Of a stretch of DNA of 44,051 bases, positions 41,054 to 44,051 are shown in pieces. Source of the stretch: Chrysochromulina tobinii (taxonomy: Eukaryota); NCBI GenBank assembly GCA_001275005.1, contig JWZX01003181.1:1-44051 (forward strand). Reading direction: 5' to 3'. A program made the translations under genes and the position numbers. The notes beneath the pieces are model-generated. The model made no database searches. It was not told where the DNA came from and worked only from the letters and a program-made list of their open reading frames with translations. Each line of letters starts with the position of its first letter. Within the stretch, counting starts at the first letter, position 1.

Positions 41054-42278
41054 TTGAACTCAAGCGAGCGTCATCTTCGTGTTTCGAGGACTTTAGTCAC
41101 CTCGGCCGTGGCACTTCTCCCTGCTTCGCTTCCGGAATCTGACTCCGTCTCACTGGCGCCCACGTCACTGGCCAGTGAATTGGTGGGCGGCGATAGAGAC
41201 GAACACGGGTGCATCCCATCTGCGGGCTACTCCTGGTGCCAGCCGCTCGCCCAGTGCATCCGCGCCTGGGAGACGAACTGCACGACGCCAACATCCTCGG
41301 AATTATATGTCGCCAGCGACAACGACGCTGGCTCGCCGGGTGCGGCGGTCGCCGCCTCGCCCTACATGATGAGGCCTATTTAGGAGCGCCGCTCGTCCAG
41401 GCGCGTGTGCTGCTGCTGCCCAGCGGCCGCCGACTGGCTTACGCCATCGAGCACCCGAGCCCCGATCAAACCAATCCGCGGTAGAGCTCACTATCCAGCT
41501 CGGGCGCCGAGACACGATCGGCATCCAGCAAGACGCGACCGCCCTCCTCTTGGGCAACGTCCTCCCGTCGCTCTTCTTTGCCGACCTGCGCACAGTGCAG
41601 CAGCTGGGCCACGTGGTGCAGGCGCAGTTGCTCTCCCATTTTGGGATCCGCGAGCTCGTCTTCCTCGTGCAGGGGACGGCCCAACCGCCGGCCAACGTCT
41701 CCAAGAGCATCCTCACCTTCGTGGTTACAGATGTGGTTACAGATGTGGTTACAGATGTGGTTACAGATGTGGTTACAGATGTGGTTACAGATGTGGTTAC
41801 AGATGTGGTTACAGATGTGGTTACAGAGCATCCTCACCTTCGTCGACTCGATGCCCGAGCTCGTTGACAAGCTGTCCGCCGCCGAGTTGAGCACCTACGT
41901 GGCCTCGACGCGCGCGGGGCTGCTGCAGAAGCCGATCTCGATCGAGGACGCCCAAAAGGGCTTGGGCACCTCCCTGTTCACTCAGATCAGCGAGAACTGC
42001 ACGAGGACCTTCGACGACAACCTCGCGCTCGCGGCGGCGCTGGTCGACATCACGCTCGCCGATGTGCGTGCGCTCGCCGAGGCCACCGTCGACCTGTACA
42101 AGGTCCATACGGCCGGCTCCTTGTACAGGTCTACGGCCGCAAGCAGCAGGCAATGTCCGCAATCCCCGCCTTCCCCCCTGACTACGCGCAGGTCGAACGC
42201 GAGGCTTACTTCCGAGAGGCCATCTATGCTGGGGGTGCCATCCCGTGGAGACACAACGTGGAGGGCGCAGTGTTATAA
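41054..42278 (+). pseudogene. Frameshifted insulysin/pitrilysin (M16) C-terminal fragment preceded by a GGDRDEHGC Cys motif
   Basis: HPSPDQTN/(fs)AVELTIQLG...LFFADLRTVQQLGHVV...LVFLVQG...LLQKPISI...ITLADV...(fs)RLLVQVYG. Needs about three frame changes plus removal of the 41721-41826 array. No HxxEH domain and no in-frame ATG. Could be assembly error. Confidence 0.65.
41704..41843 (+). repeat. 12-bp tandem array (GTGGTTACAGAT) x8.8 bracketed by a 19-bp direct repeat; candidate GT-AG intron 41721-41826
   Basis: AGAGCATCCTCACCTTCGT at 41704-41722 and 41825-41843. Array begins GT and ends CAG. Confidence 0.9.
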
Positions 42279-42729
42279 GCTCTCGACGACGCGCTTTGAT
42301 GGGATGTGCTCGTGCACAGGACGCACGGTTTACACAGTGCATCCGCCTCTGATCGACACTGCGCTGAATGACGGTCCGGATGCCACCCGCAGAGGCGTGT
42401 TTCTTACTTACTTTTACACCTACCGATTACGGGACACTGAGCAAACTATAGCCGGTATAGGAGAAAAAATGTGCGTGAGTCCTGAGACGCCGAGACGTCG
42501 CAGTGCTCGACGTTCGTTCGTGCGTCTGCTCGCGTGAGTGTGACCACAGCTTAAAGCCGCTTCTCGCCGTCGGACGAGGACGAGGGTGGCGGCGCACGGT
42601 TGATCCGCGCGTAATGAGCGCCTTGGCATGCGGCCAACATATGACCCCCGCCCCGCGCCTCCATGAAAAATCACCTCCTCACTCATTAGGGACCACCTAT
42701 GGGGGGCGCGTCCTCGTCGACGTAGTCGT

Positions 42730-44051
42730 CTATGCCATCTGCTTCAGCACGTAGACATTGAGGTCGGTCATGTCGTAAGCGCCCAGCTGGTTTAGCAAGG
42801 TCTTCTTCTCCTGCTCGCTCGCCACGACCTTCTCCACCTTGAACTGCGAGTTGGGCGGGAAGAGCACCTCCTCCTCGCTCGGTTCTGCCGAGAAGTGGCG
42901 GATGTCTTTGCCGGTGATGGAGTCGATGACGAAAATTGACCCCGAGAGCTTGCGCCCGGATGTGTTGACGAAAACGAGCGTCGCCATCTGATTCTTGGTC
43001 GAGGACGAGAACGCCTGCCACGTGATCCGCTTGCCGGGCGCGTAGACATCGGGATTGAGAAGGCCCTTGATGCCCCGAAAAACCTTGCCATGCATTTCAC
43101 TCACATGCGTCGGCAGGCTGCTTAGAGCTCTCTCCATGTGCACTATATAGTCTGCGTAATGCTTGAGCTCGGTGTCGGTCGGTGTGCTCGGGGTGTGAGG
43201 CGTGCGCATCGTGTAGTTGAGCGTCCCGTAAAGTGGGGACTCCTCCGTATAGGCGAAGAGGGCGGCTGCGTGTTTAGGGGCGAGCGGCGTGGGCGACGTG
43301 ACTGCCTTAGCACGACCGGCATCCATGATCTCTCTGACGTGGGGTTCACTGTGCCCAAAGCGAGCGATCGCCTCGGGCACATCCAGCGTCACCTCGAAGC
43401 CTTGTGGCACAAAGTTGCGCGACCCAGCAGCAGGCGCTTCAAGGCCGTCTGCCCATCGCTTCACACGTGCGACTGGATACTCGGAGACGTTGAGGCTCGC
43501 AGCGACTACTGGCGTCACCTTGCGGAATATATTGTTGTGACGATGGTACAGGATGACCAGGGCGAGGACAAGGACGATGATGACGCCGATGATGACGCCG
43601 ATGATGATGCCCGTTGAGCCGCTGGTCTCAACCGCCGATGCACCGGTCGACATGGGTGGAGGTGGCATGAGTGGAGGTGACATGGGCGGAGGCGGCGATG
43701 GTGAAGGCGGTGGTGGCGGTGAGACGTCCGCGATGGTGGGCAGCGTCACGACCGCGAGCACGACGATCGAGACGCCGGTGACGCTCGCGAGCATGGCGGT
43801 CGCGCTGCTCAGGCTGCTCGTCGCGCTGGCCATCGTCGACTGCACCGCGGCCGCCATCGCCACGATTGTCTGGATTCTCACGTCGGCGATGACGCTACCT
43901 GGCGATATGTCAACTCGACCGCCGATGGGTCCACGCCCGCGCGAACCGCTAATGCACTCTGCATCTGGGTCTGCACGCTCGGTGTGAATGAGGAGACGTC
44001 GCCGGCGAGCTCGAGGGTGAATCCGACCATGCTCATCGCCGGCGGCGAGGG
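42730..44051 (-). CDS. Membrane-anchored ADP-ribosyltransferase (ARTC, R-S-E type); 5' end outside window; apparent 1-nt frameshift near 43907
   Basis: ALFAYTEE..LY..LN..MR, VFRG, WQAFSSST, DIRHFS..PSEEEVLF; TM GIIIGVIIGVIIVLVLALVILY; Pro-rich stalk. Upstream frame gives VGFTLELAGDVSSF...GVDPSAVELT/(fs)SPGSVIADVRI. Confidence 0.85.
   Translation of the reverse strand, partial: LAAGDEHGRIHPRARRRRLLIHTERADPDAECISGSRGRGPIGGRVDISPGSVIADVRIQTIVAMAAAVQSTMASATSSLSSATAMLASVTGVSIVVLAVVTLPTIADVSPPPPPSPSPPPPMSPPLMPPPPMSTGASAVETSGSTGIIIGVIIGVIIVLVLALVILYHRHNNIFRKVTPVVAASLNVSEYPVARVKRWADGLEAPAAGSRNFVPQGFEVTLDVPEAIARFGHSEPHVREIMDAGRAKAVTSPTPLAPKHAAALFAYTEESPLYGTLNYTMRTPHTPSTPTDTELKHYADYIVHMERALSSLPTHVSEMHGKVFRGIKGLLNPDVYAPGKRITWQAFSSSTKNQMATLVFVNTSGRKLSGSIFVIDSITGKDIRHFSAEPSEEEVLFPPNSQFKVEKVVASEQEKKTLLNQLGAYDMTDLNVYVLKQMA

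Noticed and set aside
41721..41826. Perfect repeat array as CRISPR or telomere
   Set aside because: No spacers or cas genes, eukaryotic context, and the unit is not TTAGGG-like.
42103..42128. 26-nt GT...AG mini-intron that would restore the M16C frame
   Set aside because: Very short, and reading through it in the shifted frame gives RLLVQVYG, which fits the family better; a simple frameshift is more parsimonious.

Overview
GC-rich, gene-dense, intron-poor eukaryotic DNA, most consistent with a haptophyte alga. The intron end CTGATTGCATGCTGATTGCCTCCCTCATCAG resembles what I recall from Chrysochromulina (not verified), and two genes have bipartite signal+plastid-transit presequences. About 23 protein-coding loci: two inverted copies of an EF-hand gene flanking an F-box gene, an NRPS-like adenylation-PCP-ankyrin gene and a USP deubiquitinase; then TPR, a large Tudor/Agenet/MBD-like chromatin protein, O-fucosyltransferase, plastid membrane protein, CPSF30, rhamnose mutarotase, RbfA, CaMKK-like kinase, UBA-RING ligase, FAM241, alpha/beta hydrolase, S10 carboxypeptidase, BART, DUF6625-like protein, a pogo-like transposase relic, coiled-coil and EF-hand proteins, ABCG, a frameshifted M16C peptidase fragment and a membrane-anchored ADP-ribosyltransferase. 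Most notable: (1) four short introns/insertions each bracketed by a 17-22 bp direct repeat of coding sequence, suggesting an intron-generating mechanism; (2) the A-PCP-ankyrin NRPS-like enzyme; (3) a receptor-like SEA-like/Pro-rich-TM-ART protein. No rRNA, tRNA or CRISPR seen. All family calls are motif recognition by eye, not database searches.
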